A stretch of 63,963 nucleotides of DNA, the filler included, from Peribolospora baueri (Eukaryota): assembly GCA_029717555.1 (NCBI GenBank). It is 3 parts of 3 records of this genome, joined end to end, with 100 filler letters (N's around TTAATTAATTAA, not from the genome) between each part and the next. Parts side by side here need not be neighbours in the genome. Positions count along the whole stretch, not along the records: positions 1 to 29,908 come from JAMDHS010000140.1; positions 30,009 to 59,869 come from JAMDHS010000141.1; 1 more part is not named here. One strand, given 5' to 3'. The notes under the pieces are model-generated. The model saw only the letters and a program-made list of their open reading frames with translations. It was not told the DNA's origin and ran no database searches. The translations under genes were made by a program, and so were the position numbers. Below are positions 22,139-32,321 of this stretch, in pieces (positions within the stretch are counted from its first letter, which is position 1; each line of letters begins with the position of its first letter).

Positions 22139-22704
22139 TCATCCCTCCAAGCTCAACGGGTTCTTCCCGAAATACTCTCCCAAGGTAGTCAGCTTGCCGC
22201 GGGCCTGCTGCGCGGTCCACTCGACGAGCTCCTTCTGCTGGGGGCCGTAGTAGCCATAATCGCGGAAGTGCTGCAGCATCTCGACGAACTCGTCGGCGAA
22301 CTGGGGCGACAAGAACCCGCGAAAGGTGTCATCGGGCACCTCTCTGTACTTGACCGTCTTACCCGTCGCCGTGCTCAGCGTCTGGGCGATCTCGTCGAAC
22401 GAGTAAAGCTTGACGGCGGCCGAAAAGACGTTGCCGCCGTACTTGTCCGCCTCTGCGAGGATGGCGCCAACAAACTTACCGGTGTCGCCGACAATGTCCT
22501 TGCTTGATGGACTCTTTGTCGTCCATGTCGCCCTTGACGACCTCGATGCCCTTCTGCTGAAGGACCAGGGCCGCCAGTTTGGACGGACGCGCTGACGCCG
22601 CGGACTTTGTACTGCTTCGACAGCTCCGGATCGTTCAAGACGTAGTCAACGACAGACCCGCCCTGCTGGCCCGTAGCACTGAATACGACGAGAAGTTTGC
22701 TCAT
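22139..22704 (-). pseudogene. NmrA-like gene: N- and C-terminal parts fused, centre missing
   Basis: MSKLLVVFSATGQQGGSVV Rossmann start, then ...GDMDDKESIKQ joined directly to DIVGDTGKFVGAIL...LTTLGEYF. Frameshifted. Confidence 0.88.
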
Positions 22705-23162
22705 AGGGACGGGCGTGGGTAAGAGTTGAGAAATTCTATGTTACTCCGAATGAAACGAGGCGGAAGCTGTGATGGTGGTGGTTGGGGTGTAGGTTTGCCG
22801 TCGCATCTGTGGGATCTAGCGTCTACTTGTAGTTGACCTCGAGCCATCAGGGCTACGCTGGAATTAATTAGCATTCGGCCGACGTCAGCGCGGCGATTGC
22901 CAATATGGTTGAAATAACGAGAAACACCCGCCACGTCACCGCCGTTCCATTACCGCAGTCTAGCGTGAGGAAGTGCGCAACACTTCGATGGCACGTGCAC
23001 GTTGTCCAAGTTGCGCTATACGAGGCTCCTTGTCAAGGCGGTGCCCCGCACTGCTGGTGCGATTAACAAGGCGATTACGGCCCTCCATCCAGACGGCTTC
23101 CTCCTTTTCACATCAACGAGCGTAACTGGCAGACTTTGGCCTCCTTCCACTTCCCCGAGGCC

Positions 23163-23739
23163 ATGGCCATTGACGATCTCGGACCGACCGAGTTGATCAG
23201 CGCATCCATGTCGCTACAATCCCGCCTCACCATCAGAGTCCCTGGTACGTATCCAGACCTCTCTCTTCCCCGCACCATTCCACCGAATGATTTTCAACGT
23301 CGCTGCTCCGCCTTCAAATGAGCTGTTTTCTGTTCTCAAACTCGCTCACTCCCAGTGCGCCGGGCAACCGGCCTTCCGGTTTGGAAAAGTGGTTTGGTCG
23401 CCCATCGACCAGAAGCCTTTGTTCGCATCTTTCTTGACGGACAACAGGCGTTCTCTGCAGGCGCTCCTGTAGAAACGCAGACCTTGAAAAGCAAGGTCCC
23501 TGAGTGGGATAAAGAATTTGACCTCACGTGAGCCATTCTTTCCACTTCCACGCATTTGCCATTCCCATCGCTGACCTACACTCCCGCTTGCGCTTCTCGC
23601 AAATCTTCTGTCGAATTTAGGGTGCCCGATCATGCGTGCTTAGATCTAAGAGTGTTTCGTCAAGCTGGAGACAGGGCGGAAAGGCACGAGTTCTTAGGTG
23701 CCGTCCGCATGCACCTGAACTTGGACGAGATTCCTGAGT
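23163..23739 (+). pseudogene. 5' exons of a gene encoding a C2-like domain (truncated)
   Basis: Introns 23245-23355 and 23528-23620 splice in frame to give LTIRVPVRRATGLP...PEAFVRIFLDG...VPEWDKEFDLTVPDHACLDLRVF...FLGAVRM, a C2-domain pattern. Confidence 0.6.
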
Positions 23740-23784
23740 GTGAGCGCGTTACATTTCTCAAGTTTCGAACGTTGGGCCACGATC

Positions 23785-24983
23785 TCATTCGAAGCCGGCC
23801 AGTCCTCGAACGCGCTCCACCAGTTCGTCCCACTCGCTGGCAAGGCGACGGTGGCGCTGCGCAACTTGCTCCGGGCTTTCTTGTTGTCCCTGCCCTTCTG
23901 AACGTGTCACGTCGCGGACCAGGTGCCAGTCGACAAAAGCACCACGGTCGAGCTGTCGACCCACCCGTTCTAGTTGATCGGCCAGCTCATTATGAGCCAC
24001 CCGCAACTCATCGAGTCCTATCCGGAGCGCGAAGGCCTGAGCCCAAATGACGGAGCGACCCTCGTCCAAAAACTCAACAGCCTGCTCGAGTTGGCTTTGA
24101 CCGATGGAATACGACGCGGCGTCCCGGGACAGGTTGCCGGATCGCTTCAGCAGCTCTGCCTGACGGGATTCTGCGTCCAGGCCCAGCCAAGCTACCCGAG
24201 GTAGCAGGCGCACGGCTGCTGAGTACCCATCTAACGCCGATTGCGTCCGACCATGCTCACGAGCCAGATTGGCCCAATTCAAAGCTGCCGTGAACGCAAC
24301 TTCAGGAGGTCCCGCACGAGAGAATGCAGCCTCGTTGAAAACCCGCAAGCTTTGCTCTAGGTCGTCTACGGCCTTGGTGACACGGAAGCGATGTTTCAGC
24401 AAACGGCCCAGGTTGCCGAGGTAGTTTGGCCGGTGAGGATGGCCATCGGGCGTCAGGCCTACAGCTTGCTTTAGATTCGAGATGGAAGCGTCGAGGTCGT
24501 CCATTGTCCCCGAGGCGACCGAAGCGCATTCGCAGCGAATTGCCGAGGTTGTGGAGGTACCCAGGCCGGTCAGAATGTCCATGGGGAGTGAGGTCTACCG
24601 CTTGCTTTAGATTCGAGATAGAGACCTCGAGGTCGTCCATGTCCCCGAGGCGATCGAAGAGATGGCAGCGTCGAGGTCGTCCATGTCCCCGAGGCGACCG
24701 AAGCGCCTTTGCAGCGAAATGCCGAGGCCGCAGAGGCACCCAGGCCGGTCAGAATGTCCATGGGGAGTGAGGTCTACCGCTTGCTTTAGATTCGAGATAG
24801 AGGCCTCGAGGTCGTCCATGTCCCCGAGGCGATCGAAGAGATGGCAGCGTCGAGGTCGTCCATGTCCCCGAGGCGACCGAAGCGCCTTTGCAGCGAAATG
24901 CCGAGGCCGCAGAGGCACCCAGGCCGGTCAGAATGTCCATGGGGAGTGAGGTCTACCGCTTGCTTTAGATTCGAGATGGAAGC
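23785..24983 (-). pseudogene. TPR region of a TPR-CHAT (caspase-like/separase-family) protease gene; catalytic domain absent
   Basis: 44-aa repeats DDLDASISNLKQAVDLTPHGHSDRPGYLHNLGNSL..RF, plus LLPRVAWLG, AVEFLDEGRSVIWAQ and LASEWDELVERVRGLAGFE, typical of fungal TPR-CHAT proteins. Frameshifted and truncated. Confidence 0.8.
24465..24983. repeat. 179-bp near-identical tandem duplication within the TPR array
   Basis: Identical ORFs at 24570 and 24749 (offset 179). TGCTTTAGATTCGAGAT recurs at 24603, 24782 and 24961. Confidence 0.9.
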
Positions 24984-24999
24984 TGTTGAATCTTCATAG

Positions 25000-25597
25000 G
25001 GGCATACCCGCCGTGGCAAGTGCTAAAGTGGCGCTAGATTTCAAGTTCGACAAGAAAAAGAGCGCGGTACTGGTCATGGTGGAACCTCGATTGACGGCGA
25101 TCGAACAGGAAAGGAAACTTCGAGGACTGGTGGAGGACGCGAGAGTGAAGACAAGGCGCTCGTAACGGAACGATACGCTTGCGCGGCATTTGCGCTTATC
25201 CTCGGGGGTGAGAAGGGTCGTGAAACGACGGCGGCGGTCAAGTTCGAAGTACCAATTGGTCCAGGAGTGGGTTTGAGTGCTGGGGCGGAGCAAGGGTGGC
25301 ACTGGGGCTGCTCAGTAGGGAGCTGGCACGTCGGGACGGATGCGAAGATGGAGCCGAAGTTCTATCGTGAGTATGGAATGAAGAGGGGTTCCGTGTTCGG
25401 AGTTGGCGCAAGGCTGACTTGTATCTCCTGTCTTCGCGGCGGTTACAGCGCTGTGTCGTCTGAAAGCGGTGAGATCTGGACTGTACTCGACAGAACAACG
25501 GGCAAGTCCCGTGCCGGATGACAAGCTTGCAGATTTCGTTCCTCCGTGGGGCGAGTTGGACAATGAGGGGGAAGAGGTGGAGTGCGATATGGATTAA
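25000..25597 (+). pseudogene. 3' two exons of a putative gasdermin-like beta-rich protein with an acidic tail
   Basis: Acceptor AG at 24999, a 1-nt frameshift at about 25149, intron 25367-25448 (GTGAGT..GCTGAC..CAG) and stop at 25595-25597. The product is alternating beta-strand-like segments ending EQRASP...PPWGELDNEGEEVECDMD. The family call is inference. Confidence 0.45.
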
Positions 25598-26454
25598 TAA
25601 TGCGTGTCCCTTCCTGGTTCACCGCACTACATTGAAGCTTGGCAACTCTTCCTGAGCCACAATGACGGTGCAATGGCCGATGCATTTGACGTGTACGAGC
25701 TGACTTCCGAGGATCGAACTGCAGCGCTTGCAAGGACGGCGGCAGGATGGCCATCCGACCCTCCGATGATGAAAGCTCAGCTAGAAAAAGCGGCTAGTGG
25801 TTTCGATGAGAGCGCGCACGAAGTACTTTCACAGAGCGGCGGCGACCTTTCGTATCCTCAGGCCGAGCAAAGAACGCGCTGATCGGCGACCCTGAAGGGA
25901 GCAACAGGAAGACAGTAATAGAAGTGCACAATAGACACTTTTCGGTTTCCCATCTCAACTTCGGTAGCCAGACACGCCCCAAGTCCCGCTTACAGAGTCC
26001 AATCTTGGCTGCGGAGCAAGGCAGCTGTGTCGCTCACCAAGTTTTTGCTGTGGCCGGCAACTTAAATCGACGACATAAAAAGGGATGACACGATAGGCTG
26101 GCTCCGCCCGAAAAAGAGGATACTTCACGTATAGTTCCTGAGGATCCAACTCATGAGACATATAGATATTATGTATCACTACCCCGAACGCGAAGGTTCC
26201 TGCGATAGCCCAGTTTCACTATTATACTCGGAGCACAGGCACAGGCACAGGCACAGGAACGACGGTACCGCCTCTCTTGGCTACGGGAAAGTAAGTGGAG
26301 AGAAAGATTCGTCTCCGCCGTCTTACCCTGGAGAAGTCCCTGCCTTCCCATGGTGTAAAACGGCGATTGCCGTGTCGAGGGCGTGCGGGGAGGTATTGTA
26401 GGAAAATTCCGCGACTGGGAGGAGGTTGAACCAGTCGTCCTGGAGATCGTTGGC

Positions 26455-26845
26455 GTACGAACGGAGGTGGCGACCTGGACATTGCCTCTCTGCTCCAGCT
26501 CCACTTTTTGAGCCATGGCCCCAAGCAAGTTCTTACGATCCTGATGCGGAGCGTAGTAGGCCTGAATGGAAGATGTATAGGACGACCGCGGGGAAAACAT
26601 GTGGATTGGCGAACGAGCCGAATGAGGAGATCCTGACAAGAAGCGACTCTCACCGAAGCCGAGGAAACCCTCGTCCCGGTCTTGGGATCGACGCAACCGA
26701 AGGAGGCCGCAATACCCGTGTTGTTGCCTCCATTGGCATCCTGAATGTGATTTATGCCATTTGCGTGGAGAGCCTCGAACCACGGTTTCTCCAGGTCGCT
26801 CATCCAGGGCGACATCGACGTCTGGACGGGTCCGTCGTGTTGGAG
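26455..26845 (-). pseudogene. Internal fragment of a GMC oxidoreductase
   Basis: HDGPVQTS, DANGGNNTG, VDPKTGTRVSSAS|AYYAP..RKNL and AQKVEL..VATSV, with one intron. No start codon or FAD-binding motif. Confidence 0.75.
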
Positions 26846-27663
26846 TGACGGTGCTCCTCGCCGCCCCTCGCCGGCGCGAAACGTGGCGAGCGTTGCCATT
26901 GACTCACTCGCCTATACCACACGAACCCTTCTTCTCCGTCTTGCCTATATCTTCTGTGGCCGTCAAACACCTTTTCAGGCACTGTCGTGAACTGGGGTCT
27001 CTGGGGCATATTCATGTAGGTGTCGAAACTAGGTACGCTTGGCTTTTCCTCTCCATCTTTCCAACTCCGACGGCTTATTTGGCCTTTTGCGTTCCTTTAC
27101 CCATGCTATGCGCTGCGTCTCCCGGCTCGACTTGACTCCTTTGTAGCGCACAGGTATATTTCTATTACATGAGCCAGCTCAAAGACTCTCCAGTCCTCCC
27201 TTTAGGCGTCCTACTCCTCTTTCTTATCGACATGGTCGACTCGTATGTGTTATGCTCACCGGATATTCAATTTCGTGCGCAAGCCTAGGGGTGCAATGTG
27301 ATTGATCAAGTGATGATGGTCTCGGGCAAGATCTCTCCCTGATTGGGCATACGAGTATCATGTCCTCGTGTCCTGACTCGCCGGCTGTCCCTCTGGTTTC
27401 GCAGGTTGACCATAACGGTTCTCGCTATCTGCATCATGCAATTCGTAGGTGGATGGGGTGTCACAATCTAAGTGGTATTGCACGTGGCACGTCCGATCAA
27501 GCTGCGGCTTCCAGGCTTGGGCCAGGGTGGTGACAAAACCATAACCCGAGCGAGGAGGGTGGCGACCTCTGGCACGAGCGCCGTGACATTCATACCTTCA
27601 ACACAGCTTCCAGCTGCGCTACCTTGCGTATCATCATCCTCATCCTCATCCTAATCCTAATCA

Positions 27664-28530
27664 TCAAAGGTCGAAATTAGATTCTATGAACTTGGAGATT
27701 CCCTCTTCGTCCTCATGGACTGCCATACGGATGCAATCTTCAATCTTGGCTATGGTGGGAAACTTGGCCCGCCAAGCGTCGCTGTACACCAAGTAATGCA
27801 GAGGCTCGTTCTTGTAGGTGTAATAGTCTTCGTGGTACTCCGGGTAGAATCCCGCATATTCCCAGTCCAACAAGGCCGTCACTTTGCCGTCCTTGGCAAG
27901 GATGTTGCACGCCGAAAAATCGCCGTGGCACAGAACGATGTCGCATGGCTCGATCTGAATGGCCCCCGATTCCAAATGACGAATGAGCCGGTCCAACGGT
28001 TCGACGTGCGGCCTTTCAATGATCCCAAGACGCCGGATGAGGTACTCCACAACCGATCCACACGGTTCGACAGGGGGACGAATGCCCAGGCATGTGACCC
28101 GCGGGTGCGTCAGCTTCTGCTCCGGACCAAAGCCTCGAATAACGTCGCTCTTGATCGAGCGCAGCTGCTCCCGAAAGGCTAGTATTTGGGCGACGAGGTT
28201 TTCGTCAATCACGGCGTCGTCGTCGTCCGGGAGCGGGGTTCCCTCCATCTTCTCCAGGTACATGAATTCGTAGCGCCCACCGACCGTTCCAAGGCGATAT
28301 ACCTCTGGCACTGGAATGGTCGTATTTTCCTTGATGAATCGTACCGCTCCCGCGTAGTTTTTGTGAGCCTCTAAGTGAAGGTGGGCCTTGCCGTCTTCGA
28401 CGACGTCCTGCACGCGTAAAACCTGACCGCCGACCACGGAAACGGCCCTTGCAGTGTAATTGTAGTAAACCTCGCCGCCCGGGCTCAGCTCGGCTGGCCA
28501 GCTCCCGCACTCGTCTTCTCCGCTCTCCAT
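27664..28530 (-). CDS. Aminoglycoside phosphotransferase (APH)/choline kinase-like protein, intronless
   Basis: FIKENTTIPVPEVY, MYLEKMEGTPL, LCHGDFSACNIL (Brenner motif) and LLDWEYAGFYPEY. Alternative start at 28563. Confidence 0.85.
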   Translation of the reverse strand: MESGEDECGSWPAELSPGGEVYYNYTARAVSVVGGQVLRVQDVVEDGKAHLHLEAHKNYAGAVRFIKENTTIPVPEVYRLGTVGGRYEFMYLEKMEGTPLPDDDDAVIDENLVAQILAFREQLRSIKSDVIRGFGPEQKLTHPRVTCLGIRPPVEPCGSVVEYLIRRLGIIERPHVEPLDRLIRHLESGAIQIEPCDIVLCHGDFSACNILAKDGKVTALLDWEYAGFYPEYHEDYYTYKNEPLHYLVYSDAWRAKFPTIAKIEDCIRMAVHEDEEGISKFIESNFDL

Positions 28531-29804
28531 TGCAGTTTCCGGCTGCCGTGGAGAGCAAGGCATGGCAGAACAAGTTTGTGTATGCGACGGAGACCAACAT
28601 GAGAGAATAGGCCGCGAAGCAGCACGACGAGGTTAGATTGAGCAAAGGGCAAACGGAAGCACAGATGAAAGCGCATGTAGCAGACTTACGGTTGCGCTGC
28701 CGTGTTTTCGCGAAAGAGAGTGAGGTTGCAAGGGTACCCAAAACGGCGAGCGAGTTGGTGCTGGTGGTGGTGGTGGCTTCGAGAAGGACAAGGACAAGGG
28801 GGAGAGGGAGAGAGGAAGACTGACACGAGGCCCCCCTCGTGGTCGAGTTCGTGTAATTTACTTAAATAATGTAAGTATAACAATTCACATAATATTTAGT
28901 TAAATTTAATTAGCCTTAAGTAGAAGGTATGGCAACGCCACGTCCTCCGTCTGTGAGGTCACGCGGCCCCGCAAGGACAAACAAAGGCAGGACCAGGGAG
29001 TCAGCTCATTCTGAAAAAACTTAATATTTCGGCCCACTTCCGAACAGGAAAGCTCAGATGGGCTGGTCTGCAGACAGACACGTGCTGTCTGCCGAAGCCA
29101 AGCTTTTCGAGTCGAGAGCCAAATTTTAATTTAAGGCAGGACCGGGGGACTTATTATGGGCAACCAAACGAGTCGCCGGTGACCCCAACCTTGCCGATAA
29201 GGACCAAGTTTAACTAAGCAAGCCGCCCATAACAGCCAGAGACGCACCGTCCGGCCGGCCACGGTTATTAGGCACTTCAACTGTTCAACCATCCTTCATA
29301 TCGCTCCAGCAGCGCACTTTTGCGCCTTGCTACATCCAGGCACCTCGAGGCGTGTCTTGTCGCTCCGGCTCTCCTTTCCGTCCGCAACTCAAGTTGATGC
29401 CACCATGTCGTCCCTGTCGCAAGCACCGTAGAGAGAGGCGCACAGTCGGACGAACAAGGTTGGACGTACGAGTGCCTTTGCGCGGGGAGGTCCGAGCTTG
29501 GGTCGGCACAGCTCCGTACTACGTACTTCTCTGCCCTGGCTTTGCCAAAGTCGCTGGTGATGACGAGGACGGAGCAAAGAAAGGTGTTGGTGGGGAGAGG
29601 GAAAAAGGCATATAACAGAGTACACCTCTTCGCTCACCATCCCTCCATCCCGCCAGCCCTCTTTGCCCAGCCTTTTTCTAAGCCGAGAACTCTCTTATCC
29701 ACCTTCAGCATGTTCTTCACCAAGCAGAGCACGACCAAGGCTCCTGAGGGCCAGCTAAGCGCCGTCCAGATGATCGTGGGTTTAACTCGGCCCCTTGTCA
29801 ACGG

Positions 29805-29908
29805 TTAGGGTTAGGGTTAGGGTTAGGGTTAGGGTTAGGGTTAGGGTTAGGGTTAGGGTTAGGGTTAGGGTTAGGGTTAGGGTTAGGGTTAGGGTTAGGG
29901 TTAGGGTT
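29805..29908 (+). repeat. Telomere (TTAGGG)17 at the contig end
   Basis: Perfect TTAGGG array, G-rich strand running toward the contig end. Confidence 0.98.
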
Positions 29909-30008
29909 NNNNNNNNNNNNNNNNNNNNNNNNNNNNNNNNNNNNNNNNNNNNTTAATTAATTAANNNNNNNNNNNNNNNNNNNNNNNNNNNNNNNNNNNN
30001 NNNNNNNN
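29909..30008. other. Artificial contig-joining spacer
   Basis: 44 N + TTAATTAATTAA (stops in all six frames) + 44 N. Confidence 0.98.
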
Positions 30009-30030
30009 TTCTCTTTCTTTTCTCTTCCAG

Positions 30031-30135
30031 AGCACCGGTCTTAACGGATGGATCTTGGGCGACCCTCTCATCGAGAACGTCTACGCCGTCTTCTCCTTCT
30101 CCAGGAACCAGGTCGGCTTTGCCACGAGGGCCTGA
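30031..30135 (+). CDS. Last exon of a pepsin-like aspartic protease (partial)
   Basis: Follows a polypyrimidine-CAG acceptor; reads GWILGDPLIENVYAVFSFSRNQVGFA*. Confidence 0.8.
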   Translation, partial: STGLNGWILGDPLIENVYAVFSFSRNQVGFATRA

Positions 30136-30906
30136 GCTGAGCGCCTCGCTTAGGTCGCCCGCGCCGCTGCCGGAACTCGAGTTGCCCCACCGAAACGGAA
30201 TACCCTTGGATATGCTCCCACTCGTCGCTTCCCGCCTCTTCTTGCCTAGCTGCCTGCCTACACTCCCGCCTCCCACTCCCTTCCCATCCTCCTTCGTCAC
30301 GATCCTAACGTCCCCCTCCCACGATACCCCCGTTCGCCTTCTCATCGGACCGAAACAGCCCGCTCGCACGCCCACTCCACTCCAGTCCGGTCCAATCCAG
30401 TCTGGTCCACGGTCCGGTCCAGTGCTCGTAGCGACTCGCCCACCTCCTTCTTTGCTTTACATCTATCTGTGTTTGTGTTTGTGTTTGTGTTTGTTTTTTT
30501 TTTTTTCGTCTGGAATTAGAATTACGTATCATTTGACGAGAAACGCATCAAACGAGACGACCCGACCGCTTCGCCCATCCGTATTCTTTCTTTCTGTCGG
30601 ATCGAGTCGGCGCTGGCGTCGTCTGACTGTCTGTCTCTCTGTCGGCCGGTCATCGTCCGTCTTTTTGGTTTGGTTTGGTTTGTTTGTTTGTCCGCTCGCG
30701 CCGATCGGTCCGATGGGACGAGTTGATCGATCTCGAGATGGTCGGATGAAGGGTGGTCGGAGGTACGCCTTCGTCGGTTCTGCGGTTGTGAGGGGCTGGT
30801 GTAAGAGGTGAGACGGACGGAGGAAAGGATCTATATTCACGGGTATGCGTCCTGGCCCGCCATCTGCGCTTGTGCATGCACCGTGCGCCTTCGAGCACAC
30901 AAGCTG

Positions 30907-32074
30907 CTACACGCCCAACACGCCGAGAACGGCCCTTCCGAGCCGTAAGCCGTCGTGCGCCTCCCTCGCCCTCCGCCTGCTCTCGTCTGCGAAAGCCTGC
31001 GTCAGAACGCCCTTGGTCTCCCTCACGCTGATGATCTTCTCCACGATGGCCGTGTCGAACTCGGGGTGGCCTTGGAGGGTGAGAATGTGAAGTTCCCTCT
31101 GCGGCGTGGGAGCGCCGTCGACGCCGGGAGACGAGGCGCTCGGCAGAGCTGGGACGGGAGAGGAAGACGGGTAGGGCAGTGCCAGGCCTTGAATCGGCGA
31201 GATGGGGGTACAGGCCAGGTTGATGAACGACTCGGGAACGGAAGGCACGTAGTCTTGATGCACTTGTTGTATGCGCTGCGACGTCAGACGGACAAACGGA
31301 AGCCGGTGAGCGCTGGCTGGAACGACGTCTAGGCTCTCTAAAAAAAGCGCAGCTCACCATCACGCCCGCGCCGTCCACACCTTCGTAGCCCAGATACCGC
31401 TTTCCGTCGTCCGTGAGCGAGCACTCTGTCGTCCCGAGCTGCACAATGCGAGCGAGCGGCGAGGGCGGGAGCGTCAGCGTCCGGAAAATAGCATAGGTGG
31501 GCTATCATGCTCTGCACTGAATTTGAAATGGGAGCCGTCCAACTCAAGCGCACTGAAGCGACCGTACGCTCACCTCCCATCCTTTGGGATTTTTCACCAC
31601 CTCGGCGCCGAAAGCGCGCGCGACGATCTGGTGGCCGAAGCAGATGCCGATGATTCGGACCGCTGGTCGCTCCTCAGCTACCCGACGGGTGAAAGACACC
31701 AGCTTGTCAATCCAGGGCAAGGAAGCATATGCAGAGGCCGCTGGAGAACGTCGATTCGATGTAGGTCAGATCTACTTGGCTGGGAGAGCACACCCTCAAC
31801 GGCGGCTACTCCAAAAGACGCGCCACACACCGGAACCAGTGATCATGACGCAATCTGTCTTCGCCAGCTCCTCTTCGTCCGGGTACTCCATCTTGCCGAC
31901 CACATCGTAGCTGTTGACCTTGATCTCGAACTCGGCCGAGCGGCCAGAGGCGTCGAGCGATTGCTGGAGGAGGTCGGAGAAGATGTCATGGTAAGTGCCG
32001 CGGGAGGAGAGCACGGATGGAACGGGGGTGTCGGCGAGAAGGAGTGCAATGCGCAGCGGCGTCTTCGTGGCCAT
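30907..32074 (-). CDS. Class I glutamine amidotransferase-like protein (multi-exon)
   Basis: RIALLLADTP, ITGS, IGICFGHQIVARAFG (nucleophile Cys), HQD and TLQGHPEF (His-x-Glu). Confidence 0.9.
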
Positions 32075-32321
32075 TGTCGACAGCGAATGTAGCCGGTGGT
32101 GATGGATGGTGGCAGGTAGCGAGCTGATGGTGGTTATCAAGATAACGTTGCAAGCTCGCGCAAGATCGATCGTCCGCTGCGGCAAGCATCTTGCTTGCCA
32201 TCCTAGTCGCCATCCTCAGTCCCTGACGCGAACGACGACGACAAAGACGACGACGGAGAAGGGAAGCAAAGCCAGTCACATAATCAGGATCGCCGTCGCC
32301 TGATGGAGAGCTGACGTCGCC

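Noticed and set aside
26030..26165. MSHELDPQELYVK as the start of a Ste20-like kinase
   Set aside because: Too short; no glycine loop or downstream kinase motifs could be assembled.
29953..29964. TTAATTAATTAA palindrome within N runs (also 59914-59925)
   Set aside because: Artificial six-frame-stop linker between contigs; adjacency across it has no biological meaning.
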